Source: the human T2T-CHM13v2.0 reference genome, Homo sapiens
DNA: 64,000 bases
Assembly: GCF_009914755.1 (NCBI RefSeq)
Contig: NC_060933.1
Direction: 5' to 3' (one strand)
Below the pieces are notes generated by a model, which saw nothing but the letters and a program-made list of their open reading frames with translations, did no database searches and was not told the DNA's origin. Below, piece after piece: positions 28,387 to 41,790 of this stretch; position 1 is the stretch's first letter; every line of letters starts with the position of its first letter. Both the position numbers and the translations under genes were made by a program.

Positions 28387-29660
28387 TGGAGAGGGTGTAT
28401 AATGTGTGCTGTGTGTGGGGTATATAGCTTGTATGGTGCATATAATGTGCGTTTCTGTGTTTCTGTGGTGTGTGTGTAGTTTGTGTTGTGTGTATGTGTG
28501 TGTGGGTGTGTATACTGTGTGGGGTGTATAGTTTTTGTGGTGTGTGTAATGTGTGTAGTTGTGAGTGTGTGTTCGTAGTTTGTGCTGTGTGTATGTGTGT
28601 GTAGGGTGTATATTGTGTGTGGTGTATAGTGTGTGTATGTATGTGTGGTGTGTGTGTAATTTGTGCTGTATGTATGTGTGTGTGGGATGTATGTGTATAT
28701 GTATGGTGTGTGTATGCGTGTGTGGAGTGTACTTGTGTGGGTTTGTGTGGTGTGTATGGTGTGTGTGTGGTATATGGTGTGGGGGGGCATGTGTAGGTGG
28801 CATACAGTGTGTGTGAGATGTACAGTGAGTCGTGTGTATGTTGTGTGTAGGTGGGGTGTGTGCTGTGTGTGGTGTGTGTGGGTTTACAGTGTGCGTGGTC
28901 TGTATGTGTATGGTATGTGTATGATGTGTGTATGGTGTGTGTCTGGTGTGTGAATGGAGTGTGTGTGTACGTGTGTGTGTGGTGTGTGTAATTTGTGCTG
29001 TGTGTGTGTGTATATGTGTCGTGTGTGTATGTGTGTGTGGTGTGTGCTTGTGTGGGTTTGTGTAGTGTGTATGGTATGTGTGTGGTATGTGCTGTGGGGG
29101 CATGTATGGATGGCATATAGTGTGTGTGAGATGTCTAGTGAGTGGTGTGTGTGTGGTGTGTGTAGGTGGGGTGTGGGCTGTGTGTGGTCTGTGTGGGTTT
29201 ACAGTGTGTGGTTTGTATGTGTATGATGTGTGTATGGTGTGTGTCTGGTATATGAATGGGGTGTGTGTATGTACATGTGTGTGTGGTGTGTGTAATTTGT
29301 GCTGTGTGTGGTGTGTGCTTGTGTGGGCATATGTGGTGTGTGTGGTGTGTATGTTGTGTGTGCGGTATGTGCTGTGGGGGGACATGTACGGGTGGCATAT
29401 AGTATGTGTGAGATGTATAGTGAGTGGTGTGTGTGGTGTGTGTAGGTGGGGTGTGTGCTGTGTGTGGTGCCTGTGGGTTTACAGTGTGCATGGTATGTAT
29501 GTGTATGATGTGTGTATGGTGTGTGTCTGGTATGTGAATGGGGTGTGTGCTGTGTGTGCTGCATGTGGGTTTACAGTGTGCGTGGTTTGTGTGTGTATGG
29601 TATGTGTATGATGTGTGTATGGTGCGTGAATGGGGTGTGTGTGTGTGTGTGAGTGTGTAT
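28353..29660. repeat. TG-rich complex tandem repeat with ~300-bp higher-order units
   Basis: (GT)16 start. Recurring anchors taatttgtgctgt (28657, 28989, 29293) and gggtttacagtgtg (28880, 29195, 29475, 29567). Confidence 0.95.
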
Positions 29661-31614
29661 GCAGGGCAGGGAGGAGCCAGGAATCTTCATGATTCCCCAG
29701 TGGTTCTGCTGCAGATGTTGCAGAGATCATACTGCCTCCAAACCCTGGATCAGGGCTAGCCCAGGTATATTTTTATTTGCAGGTTGTATACTAAATACAG
29801 TTAAACAGTGGGGAGAACAAAACCAGCCTGGATAGTGTCTAAAAAAAATAAATCCCACGTACCATAGGATGTTAGATTTTAGTAAACTTCGTCCGTCCTG
29901 CTTCCTGCAGTCTCGTGAGAAGGCCGGGACACCAGGCTTCCAGCTTGAGTGTGTTTACCCAGCGAGCTGGGGGTGGTGGAGCGGCGGAGCTGGTGGCTCT
30001 GTCCCGCCTCTGTGGCTGGGGCCCAGTGTCAGTGGGCAGCATGCTTTCTGGCCTCCACCTGCCTTTCGGTCAACATTGGAACACGTGTCTCCTGCTGCTC
30101 TGTGGTGCGGCCTGTGGGCGGCGTGGGAGGTCCTAGGTGAGCTAAGTAGCGGCCAGTCTCGGTGCCCTTGGTGAGCTCTGCCCTCCGGTTGTGTCAATAA
30201 CTCCATCTCTAGTTTGGCTCAAGAAATGTTTCTAGTTAATTTATAAAACAACGTGTCCCCCTTTGACTCTTGCAAGTAGCTGAATTCTGTTACCTAGCCA
30301 AATTATTTTAGTCTAAGAAAATTCCAGTTGTAGGTGCTTTAAAGATTTTGGTCTGTGGAAATTCATGGTATAATATTTGAGTGTGGTGCATGTGGGTCCT
30401 GGCTCAAGACCTTCATATGAGAGATGATCTTTTTCGTTATGATATATATATATATCCATCCAACTATCTATCTGTGTATGTGTCATATATACCATATTAC
30501 CCAGTTGGAAATAAATAGAATAACCTGATCTTTCTCCCCACCCACATTTTCCTTTCATTTTCTCCTGAAGATGTCTTCTTCAAGTGTGAAGTACTTCTCA
30601 ACAATCTCTCCAATCTTATGATTAACGCTTAGTAATAGAGCTCCCTTTTTAGCAGCCTGTGGTGTATTTGACCAACCTGATCTCTTCCCTAACATGGCTC
30701 TTGCCTTTTGGTGCCCACTCAGCTGCGTTACCTGCATTACCTGCATTACCTGGAGCATGTCCAGTTGCCCTGGTCCCAGAGGAGCTGTCCTGGCTTTTGC
30801 CTATTCTGTGTTGCTGAGGCTTCCTGCCCTCCGTGCCACCTTTTGCGTGGCTGCTTTCTTGCCAGCTCAGCACCTTCATAGCTGCATGCCACCCCGCCAG
30901 CTCCCTCTCTGGATCATCTCTCTCTATAAGGAGATTACAACTCTCAGGAAGGAACAGGTTTCCCCCTTCCCTCCTGCTGCCCCTAGTGCCTCTAGGTCTC
31001 ACCCTAATGTGGATACGGCATCTCCAGCAGGCTGGGCAGGAGGCTGCTCAGCCCAGTGTTCTCTGTATGGATGGCAACCATACAGGACAAAGTGACAGAA
31101 TGGTGCATTCATCTGAGAGCCCCAAGGGCCTGCTTGATCAACCATTCCTGTCACTTTCAAACTCCAGTTTACCAGTGGAAGCAGTCTAAATGCCATTGTG
31201 CACAACAGATAAAGGCAGGGCTGGTCTGGATGAAAGAGAGGCCGGTCTCAAGGTCCCCAGCTTGGGTGGTGGGCTCCTTTACATTCTCACAGCCCCCCGT
31301 AGCATCTCCTAGGCAGTTTCAGAAACCCCCCTGGGACTTGGGGACAATCAGGTGTGGAGTCTCAGGACTTTGTCTCTAATCATTCTACAAAAGAGCTCAG
31401 GATTTTTGTTTCCTTCTGGGGATTAAGGAAGCAACATTTGGATAAGATTTTAGTTGGAGAGGAAAGAACCCTTTAGTAAAAATATATTTTGTGTTCCCCC
31501 TTCCTCTTCTCAGTGCTTTCAGGGAAAGTTGAAAAGGAAGCAATAATTTTCTATTTTTGATGAGCAACTTTTACTGTGCAGGTGGAGGAAGGACTCTGCC
31601 CAGGAACTAGGCAA

Positions 31615-31670
31615 GTATGTAAACAAACTGTCCTGGGCTATAAATAATTCCTTTCCTGTCATGACTCAGG
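31615..31670. promoter_or_regulatory. Candidate enhancer core (FOX, MEF2 and AP-1 motifs)
   Basis: TGTAAACAAA 31618-31627, CTATAAATAA 31638-31647 and TGACTCA 31662-31668 in apparently unique sequence. Motif evidence only. Confidence 0.4.
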
Positions 31671-33140
31671 GGGGTTGCGGACAAGCCTCCTTGAACAATT
31701 CAGAGATTTACAAATCCCACTTTTGTTATAGAAACATTGCAAAAGTAGCTTGTAATTATTTATCCTCTTTTTAAAAAATTTAGCCTTTGGGAGAGAATGG
31801 GCCATGTTTTCTCTGATGGGGCATCCTCATCCACATCAGTCTGCTCTGGAACATTGTATGTCAGTCTGTTCTTGGAATCCAGATGTGGAGTGCATGGAAA
31901 CCCGTCCAGCTGGGCAAGCCCAAGGTCATGGACACGCGGGGTCTAGCTTTTAGAGTCTGAATGCTCTGCCCTGACCCCCACACAGCACACACAGCTTGTT
32001 TACTGGCAGGTGTGACCAACAATAACAGGAAAAATGACCCTCTCTTCTGAAAATCACGATTATTAATGGGGAAAGGGTGTATTATGTGGCTGCAATGTGT
32101 ACTTGCCTAGAAATTTTAAATTGAAGGAAGAATCATAGGAAAAATTCTTTTTCCCCTCCATGAATCAATTTTTGGGAATTCATTTTCCAGATAATTCTGC
32201 TGTCCTTGGGGCTTTTGGAACAAGGAGAGTATTTAGTGCTTTCCAAGGGCTTTTCTCTCCTCCCCTGGCTGTGGTCCACATTCTGTTCAGGTTCCCTTTC
32301 ACTGGCTCTACACAGAGCAGAGGAGGCTTGGAGGTGGGCTCAGATGGGGCTGCGGGCCTCATACCAAGGACACTCCATGTCAGGAGCTGACCCTGGGGCA
32401 GAGACTGTCAGGTGGGCTTGGAAAAGAATGTCTGGCTGCAGAGGAGCTTTGTGAAGTTTCCTTCCGACACTTTGGTGGAGGTCGGGTCCTAATGGCCTGT
32501 GCGGGGATGCCCCTGGACCTGCGGTCTGTCTGGGTCTGAAGGTCATGGACAAGTTGAACCTACCGTCCTTGCCTCCTGGCCCCTTGCTGATGAAGTGAAG
32601 AGGGGAGGACCCCACAGTCTCTTCTATCACTCTCCCTTTTTCTTCCCTTCTTTCCTTCTTCCCTCTTCATTTCCTTCCTTCTCCTCCTCTTCCTCTTCTT
32701 TCTCATATCCAGACAAAGGTGCATGCACACAATGGGATGCCCAGTCTTGGGTGTCTCCACGGAACCAGGTCCAGAAGCAAATGCTGCAGACTATGTCATC
32801 CTGCTTGGGGACATGGAAAAAGACACCACACGGTCTGGCAAGACCACGGATAAAATCCAGGGGATTTGTGAACATATATGAGGAAAGATTCTATCTTGGT
32901 TTTCACTAACATCTAACTGCACTTCAGCATTTCCATCCCCTGTATTGATGGCACCTCTGACCTCTGGTAGAAGCACAGCTAATGTTCTTTCAGGGTGGTT
33001 GTTGCAAACGTCTTGATAGTTCATGTATGCTCAGCACTACTTCAATAGGGCAGTGTATAGATTACTGCTATTTAGTGTCTTAATGAAGAAGAACACACCA
33101 AAGTTTTAAGAAACATTTTTTATAGTGCAAGTTTACTGTA

Positions 33141-33760
<620 letters not shown>

Positions 33761-35070
33761 GCAGCATTCCTGTGACGAGGTCACTGCAGCTGGTGGACCT
33801 GGAGGGCAAACACACATGAGGTCACTGCTGCGTGGCTGCCAGGAGCAGTGGAGAGGGCTGCAAGCGCCCTGGCAAGGGCCCTGGGGAAGTCAGCATTCCC
33901 AGGCATACCCGTTCCCTTGACAGTTGTGATTTTAGTTTCCGTAAAGAAGAATACTTCTAGTCATAGTCACTTTAGACATTATTACGGTTTTAAAATTTCA
34001 TAATCAGAATGTGCAATACAGAAACACCGGACGCTTTCATGGAAACAGCAAGAGCAGAAGCAGCTCCACCTATTAACAACCTCCCTGGCTGATGCAAAGC
34101 CGGTGTTGGGAAGCCATTGGCAAACGCTGTCAATTTTGTTAGTTTCCTATTTTTCCTTTGGTTCCCTTTTGTGATTTTCTAAGCCTGATAGCTTCTTCGG
34201 AGGCATAGCAAACAAGTAAGGGTTTCTTAAACTGCATATGCCCAATAACAGGCCAGCGTGGGCACTGAAGCCCTCTGTCACAATGTCTGTTGCTCTGGCC
34301 TGGGCTTTAGCACTGCTGCTCAGAGTCAGCTTTCTTACTTTTCGTTTTGGAGATGGTCTTGTCTTTGGTGATCTGTTTAGACATTCTGGATAGTTATCTG
34401 GCCCAGATTTTGTGGTCAAGACTCCATCCACCTGTGAGCCCAGCAGGGGCCCAGAAGCATTCATATGTGTCCGTTTTTAACACGCCGAGATCCACGTTGC
34501 TTATGCTCAAAAGACAAAACTCGTATTCAGTTTAGTGGATATTCAGCCTTTCTTCGTGCTTCAGAGACATTTCTGACTATAGTGAAATGGACCTAAAGAT
34601 CCTGTGGGACGAGGCAGCTCCTTACAGACCAAAAACAGGGAAGAAAGGTGAGGGCAGGGCTTGGGTCTGGCTCTGGGGTCCTGGCAACCCTTTTAAGTGG
34701 GACACGCAGGGATGGAGAAGGATGTGGTAGGAACACCCAGCTAGGCTTGCGTTGTAGGAATATCCGTTCTGGTCCAGCACAGTCTAGCAAGCCTGCAAAC
34801 CACTAGGAAAAGCCTGAATGCAACTTGGGCCATATCTGCTGTGACACTGGGCAGTACAATGGCAGTGGCTGGCAAGGTGTGGGTTGGCCAGGTTGGTATC
34901 TAGGTATCTTCAGAGGCCCTGCTCATTCCGGAGAGATCCCTGAAAACTCCCAGTCTTTACTGGGACCTGGAGGTTTTAGGGGTTACATGAACTAGAAAGA
35001 GCCTGGGTGTGGTGCAGAATGATACCAATCTAGCTAGGCTGCAATGACATTTTTCCAGAAGGCCCTGGAA

Positions 35071-35704
35071 TATTAGTTTTCTACTGCTGCAAGACAAACT
35101 AAATAGGGTAAAACAGCACCCACAGTTTCTACACATCTAGATCCCAGGCACGGCTTGACTCGGTCTTCTGCTTAGGGTCTCCCAAGGCTGCAAAACAGGT
35201 GTCACAGGGCTGAGGTCTCATCTGGAGGCTGGAGGTTCAACTGGGAAAGAATCTGCTTCCAAGCTCACTCAGGTTGCTGACAGAGTTCACCTCCTCTTGC
35301 TGCCAGACTGAGGTCCCCACACTCTTGCTGGCTGTCAGCAGGGGCTGCTCTCGGTTCCTTAGGTCTCCGCAGGTCCTTGTCCCATGGCCCTCTCACATCA
35401 TGGCAGCTCTTTCTGCAAAGCCAGTGATGGGGAGAAAGTCTCTCATGTCAGAAAGGGCCCTGATCCTTCTCTTGAGCACTTTCATCTATTAAGTCAGGCC
35501 CTCCCAGAATAATCTCCTTTTTGATAACTCAAAACCGGCTGATTTGGGACTTTCATGACAACCGAGGACTGCCTTAATGGTTGCCATATACTATTGGTTA
35601 GATGCAGATCTCAGGTTCTGCCTGCCCTCAGGGAAAGGGGCCGACAAAGACATGGGCCCAAGGAGGCACGAATTATCGAGGGGTCCCAGGCCTGCGTGCC
35701 ACAC
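35071..35704 (-). mobile_element. MaLR solo LTR (MLT1E-like)
   Basis: 'tattagttttctactgctg', 'gaatctgcttccaagctcactcaggttg', 'aataatctccttttt..aactcaaa'. Confidence 0.8.
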
Positions 35705-36449
35705 ACAGGATTTGGGTGGCAGAACAGTGAAGCCTGAGCCTTTGCACTTGAGGCTGGTGAAGGGTGCTGGGTGTGCACTGTGTGCCAGTCTCCTCTCAGC
35801 TCCCACTGAGCTATTGACCTATAGCAACACTAGGCCCTACACTAGAGGCAAGGGCAGCAGCCTTGCAGAAACTCTTCCATTGGCTCCCGTCATTGTGAGA
35901 GCTCTGAGCACCGTGGTCTCTTGTCCCCACTAGTCTCCACCACTCTTAGTAGGTCTGTGTCTGAGTGAGTCATGCTGGATGCAGGGGGCCAGCGTCCAGG
36001 ATGCTCAGACCTGGGGGCTGTGTCCTCATCCCATCAGCCCATGGCAGGAAGTCACTGCTGGTCCCTGCCTGTTTCAGGACATGGTTCTCCACCTTCTTTA
36101 GGGTTTTGCTGTTTGCAGTGAAGCACTTGCTAGGGAAACTGCATTTCCTATGCAAAGATGAAGTGTAGGGAGGGTCACACTGGGGAGAAGTGGCCACCCA
36201 GGCTGGCTTCAAAGCCCCCTTGATGACCACTAGCTGTGGCACCCCCTAAAGCACAAAAGGCTCAAGGAGAAGTCCCCCTTCCCCCAAGTCCTCCATTTAT
36301 GGCACTTCAGCATCCAGAATTCCTGTGCCATCAGCTGGAAGGGAGCTTCCAGGCCTTGGACTTTGCTAGAGAGCTCAGGGGCTCTCTCCTCCATAAAGCC
36401 TTTCTTCCCTACCCCTTGACCCTCTGCAGCCTTATGTCCTCTTTCCTGT

Positions 36450-36645
36450 GCTCCTTTGCACCTTGTGTAGAATTTGTATAAACCTCCATTAGAATTGCTG
36501 ATTTGCAGGCCTGTCTCCTAGCTAGCTAGTGAGCTTTCTGAAGACAGGCAGCCAGGGATGTTTATCTTTGCATCTCTGGCACCCAATGCATTACTTGGTG
36601 CATCATGGGCACTTGGTAAGTGTTTGTTGAATGACTGAATGAAGG
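36450..36645 (+). mobile_element. L2 3' end
   Basis: 'gtgagctttctgaagacagg..taagtgtttgttgaatgactgaatga'. Confidence 0.7.
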
Positions 36646-36929
36646 AAAAGGAGTACCCGAAAAATGAAGTGATTTACTTGCTCAGAGACACAAAGATGTG
36701 AGTGATAGGGATGGAATAAAACTCAGGTCTCACTGATTATCCATTGAATAAAAACTTTGGCCCTAACATTGTTACTCTTGGCCACTTCTAAAAGGAAAGA
36801 GCCTTCATTAGCACCGAACAATGAGAGCAACTGGCTTCCCGGGCTCTCTCTGGATCTTTCTGAATCTTCTAAGACTCAGTCAAGGTTTTTCTCAGAGGAA
36901 CAGGAGGCAAAGGCATAGACTGAGCCAAA

Positions 36930-37105
36930 GGCGTAGACTCTGGATTTGGTCTCACTGAGGTTTAAATCTTATTTTTGTCACTAGCCAGATGTTTGGCCCA
37001 GGGGAAGTGATCCGACCTCCCTGGGTCACCATTTACTCATCTGTAAATGTGGAAACAATAACGATGCCCACAGTCAGGGTGGCTGTGAGCATTAACCCAG
37101 AGAGC
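36930..37105 (+). mobile_element. MIR
   Basis: 'tttactcatctgtaaatgtggaaacaataa' core. Confidence 0.65.
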
Positions 37106-37124
37106 ACTGGTGAAGGCTGCCACC

Positions 37125-37400
37125 TATTCACTTATTCAGCAAATATTTATTGAGCTATTATGTGCTGCTTGTTCCAAGCTAGGTCCAGGCTATGACGAAG
37201 ACCCAGGGGAGCTGAGCTGTATGGGGAAGCCAGGCATGGAAACAGAAGATTGGAATGCCAAGGTGCCCCCGAGGGTAGGCCAGAAGACTCATGGACCATG
37301 GGTGGCAGAAGACCCAGGTGTGTAGTGGGAGTGACAGAAAATCAAGGAAGGCTCAAATAAAACCCAAAAGCTGGGTTTCAGCTAAGTCTTAAACATAGGG
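37125..37400 (-). mobile_element. L2 3'-end fragment
   Basis: 'attcacttattcagcaaatatttattgagc'. Confidence 0.65.
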
Positions 37401-38099
37401 GTGCTGGTAGCTGCTCGGTATATACTAGGCTTGCCTCACTCGTTGTCATTCATTTATTTATCATCAAGTACAGCTAATCCCGTGCTTATGCAACTGTTCC
37501 ATCCCCAAAGGTCTTTGTCAACTTGAACTTTGCATGAGAAAAAGATAACCTACTACATGTTTTTAAATGTTGCTTTGCATTTAAAGTTACAGATCTCCTT
37601 ATGAACACACACCCCTCTCTATCTGCATGTCATTTCAAAACGCTTCTCCTTGAGGTAAAACCAAGTGGAGTTTGCATGGCTGGGAGGGAGGGTTTGGCCT
37701 TGTTCACACTTTAATCCATCCATTTTGTCTTCTAACTTGATCTCTCATTTGTGGCTTTCCCAGCTTGGACCCTTCCAGTCGTGTCCAGCAGGCAGCAGAA
37801 TGTGTGTGTGCATGCGTCACCGAGAGCAGCAAGGATGGGACTGGTGTCAGACGAAGCCCTTGAAAGGGACACGCCAGCTTCTGGGGAGCAGCTTTCCCGG
37901 CACTGTCTCTGCAGCCTCAGCCTGGCCTAGCTCTGATTATGGCTCCCTCTCTTGGAGACCTTGTCACATGCCCTGCTGGGGATCTTGCCGATGTCCTTCC
38001 AGGACACTCTTCCCTGCTCTCACCTTGCTCTGTGCCTCAGAGGCTGCCCTAGATGAACTCTGTCAGACAGCTCCCCTACTTGGGCCTCCTTTTGAGGTT

Positions 38100-38365
38100 C
38101 CCTCAGTGGGGAGCATCCTATGCCTGAGCTGCAGGGTCTCACGGAGGTCCTGCCTCCACTTCACATACCTGGCTCCTGCTTTATCATTCTTTGAAGTTCA
38201 CAGTCCTCCCTGAAACTCCATCATTCAGTGCACTCCTGTTTCCCCGTAGATAAGCTCAGGAAGAGCAGGAGCCTTTCTGTCTTGCTCACTGATGAATCCT
38301 TACCACCTAGAGTAGTGTGGCTCCTTGTAGATGCTCAATACATACTTGCCCAGTGAATGAACGAG
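38100..38365 (+). mobile_element. L2 3'-end fragment
   Basis: 'tgtcttgctcactgatgaatcc..gtagatgctcaata..gtgaatgaa'. Confidence 0.65.
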
Positions 38366-38540
38366 GAATGTTTCTGTTTGGCTCCATGATGTCAAGTATT
38401 ACAGTGATTGAAACCAATGAGTTGGAAATATAAATGAGAACACTATCAAGACCCATGTTCCTCAAATTAGCTTAATTTCTCTGAATTTGAGACTGTCCTT
38501 TCTCTTTTTGCTGTTCTTGCTGGCAAGCCCTGGGAAGGGG

Positions 38541-38585
38541 CAAAACAAAAACAAAAACAAAAACAAAACAACACAAAACAAAACA
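38541..38585. repeat. (CAAAA/CAAAAA)n microsatellite
   Basis: Directly visible. Confidence 0.9.
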
Positions 38586-39758
38586 GTCCAAGTTTAATGA
38601 GGGATGCAGAAAAACCAGAGAGGAAGTGGAAGCCAAATGGCTCCATGGACTTCCAGCCACAGTGGCCACTTGCAGGAGAGCTTCCCTTAGGCTGGAGGGC
38701 ACTGTCCAAGCATTTAACTCGTCTTTCAGTTTTCCTTGATCATCTCCAAAGTGGCACCCACATCCTTTCTTTCTCTCATTTTCTCCAAGCCGCTTGAGAA
38801 ATTCACAAGAGTCATGGTTAGCGTCTGAGCGAGGAGAAGCTGGGGCTTAGAGGAGGAAGAGCTTCCAGCTGACCTCAGCAACTGCAGGGTTTAGTGATCT
38901 TTGGGCTGATTTTGAGTCAGAGGTGCCTTTCCTCCTTAATGCTAGAAGATGGTTATCACATGCATTGTTGTGCATGGGTTGACTGTTTTTGAAAATAACC
39001 CAAGAAAGAGTACAATGAAAAAATCTGAAAAACTGGTCATCAAGGGTTCTAGTAATGACCAGTATTTTCTTTCCTTGAAAGACCTAGTCGTTATCTATGT
39101 CCTTATTTCTCGGACTTCTGATGATACTGCATCATTAATATCTCCAACAAGGCCAGAAGGGCCACGGGGGTGCTGTCCTCACCTTGGAGACAGGGATCCA
39201 CGTGCTGGCCCTGGTGGTCAGACAGGCAGGGGCTCAGTGGTGGAGTGGCAAAGGGGACCCGGCCTCAGAGGTCACTGTGCCTCAGTATTTTGGGCTTGCG
39301 AGTAGCTTTTTGTGTTGGCAAAGGGCTCTCAGTGCACCTGATATGGCTCACTCCCTGTCTGTAATCAGAGCCACGCTGCTAGACCCGGGTCATTTTCTGC
39401 TTCAGGAAAGGAGCCATGGCTGGGTGGTGGCTATCAGTCTAGAAACAGGGTTTCTGATTCTTTCGGCCAAGAATGATGGAAAAAATGGAGCTGGGGGTGA
39501 GAACTTAGCCCCAAACATCTTCTGTGAGTTAAGACTATTTTGTATTTCAACCCTTGATTTTGTTGCTACCTCCTTCCTCATTTTCTGGGGAAAAAAAAGT
39601 TCCTAACTGCACTTTAAATATATCTAGGCTGCTTGGGGCTTGGACAGACACTGCTATGTCGATGTTGCTAGCAGCGTTATTTGCAATAGCCAAAAGTTAG
39701 AAACAGCCCAGGAGGCAATCGATGGATGAGTAGATAAACAACATGTGGTCTATACATA

Positions 39759-40320
39759 TGTATTAATTAGGTTTTTAATTTTTACTATTTCCTGATGCTG
39801 TGACATCTGGGACCTTGCTGACCCTGGAGGGGCTGCTCGTTCCAGGGACCAGCTGATTTCCAGTGAAGTTCCCCTGCAAACATCCCTTTCATAAGCAAAC
39901 CAGCCAGTCCCAAGCCACCCCAACTACCTCCTCTATGGGGCTCTCACAGTCCAGGGCACTATCTCCCTGCACTCATCAGCCCAGGGCACGTACGAGACAC
40001 CTAGGGACAGCCCCTGCACCCTAGAGCCTGCTGAAATCATGCAAACTAGCCAACCCTAAGCCTGCTTACCCTGCCTCGCTTGTTCCTTCCTGCGGAAACC
40101 CCAATAAAGGCTCCTGCCCACGTCTGCACCCCCTGCCCCCGTCCCCACCCCTGCCCCCTGACCCACCCTGGTGCTTCCTTGTGTGGCCCGGGGTGTGGCG
40201 TGCCCTGCCTCCTGTGTCCAGAGTCTGTGAATATTAACTTTCTCCTTCCTAACAGTCTTTTCTGTGTCTGAATTTCTTACTACACCTGATTGAAACAAAT
40301 CCCCAGCACATTTTAAAACA
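39759..40320 (+). mobile_element. ERVL-class solo LTR (MER74/MER73/MER21-like group)
   Basis: TG...CA termini, internal aataaa, perfect 5-bp TSD acata (39754-39758, 40321-40325), and 'gacatctgggaccttgctgaccctggaggg'. Confidence 0.85.
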
Positions 40321-40358
40321 ACATACATGGAGTGTAATTCAGCCGTAAGAAGTAATGA

Positions 40359-40695
<337 letters not shown>

Positions 40696-40713
40696 ACAAC
40701 ACGGATGAATCTT

Positions 40714-41020
<307 letters not shown>

Positions 41021-41445
41021 ACGGATGAATCTTAAGGATGTTATGTTAAGTGAAGCAAGCCAGGCCCCCAAATGCTCCGACATACCGTGAAACACAACTG
41101 AGGGGTAAGAAAGAACAAACTATTGATCCCTGCGACAACTTGAATGAGCCTCCAAGGCATTAGGGTGAAAGAAGGCAATCTCAAAAGGCTACACATCCAT
41201 GTATATGACATTCCTGAAAAGGTGACCTAGGGAGAAAGAGTAGATTGGTAGTTGTAAGCGGTTGGGGTGGGGGAGGTTGTGAATATAAAGGGGAGGTACA
41301 GGGAGTTTTCTTGGGGGATAGAACATCTCTGTATCCCAGTTGCAGTGGTGGTTACACAATCTATACATGTCTTAAAGCTCATAGAACAGTACACTGAAAT
41401 AGTTATTTTTATTATTTATTAATTGAAAAAGGACAAAAGAGGTAA

Positions 41446-41790
<345 letters not shown>

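Noticed and set aside
28281-29611. Long His/Thr-rich and Cys/Val-rich ORFs (up to 348 aa)
   Set aside because: Translations of the TG/CA repeat, which is naturally poor in stop codons. The same applies to ORFs at 10.3-11.1, 15.3-15.9, 47.4-47.8 and 48.3-49.0 kb.
29885-30195. CpG island call
   Set aside because: Short, with an estimated observed/expected ratio of only about 0.5. Kept as a weak finding rather than a feature.
30728-30752. Tiny tandem duplications (ttacctgca x3; also ~11888, ~36908, ~51923)
   Set aside because: Ordinary slippage products with no further structure.
33777-33828. Duplicated gaggtcactgc with AGGTCA half-sites
   Set aside because: The 41-bp spacing fits no standard nuclear-receptor element, and an 11-bp match is weak evidence.
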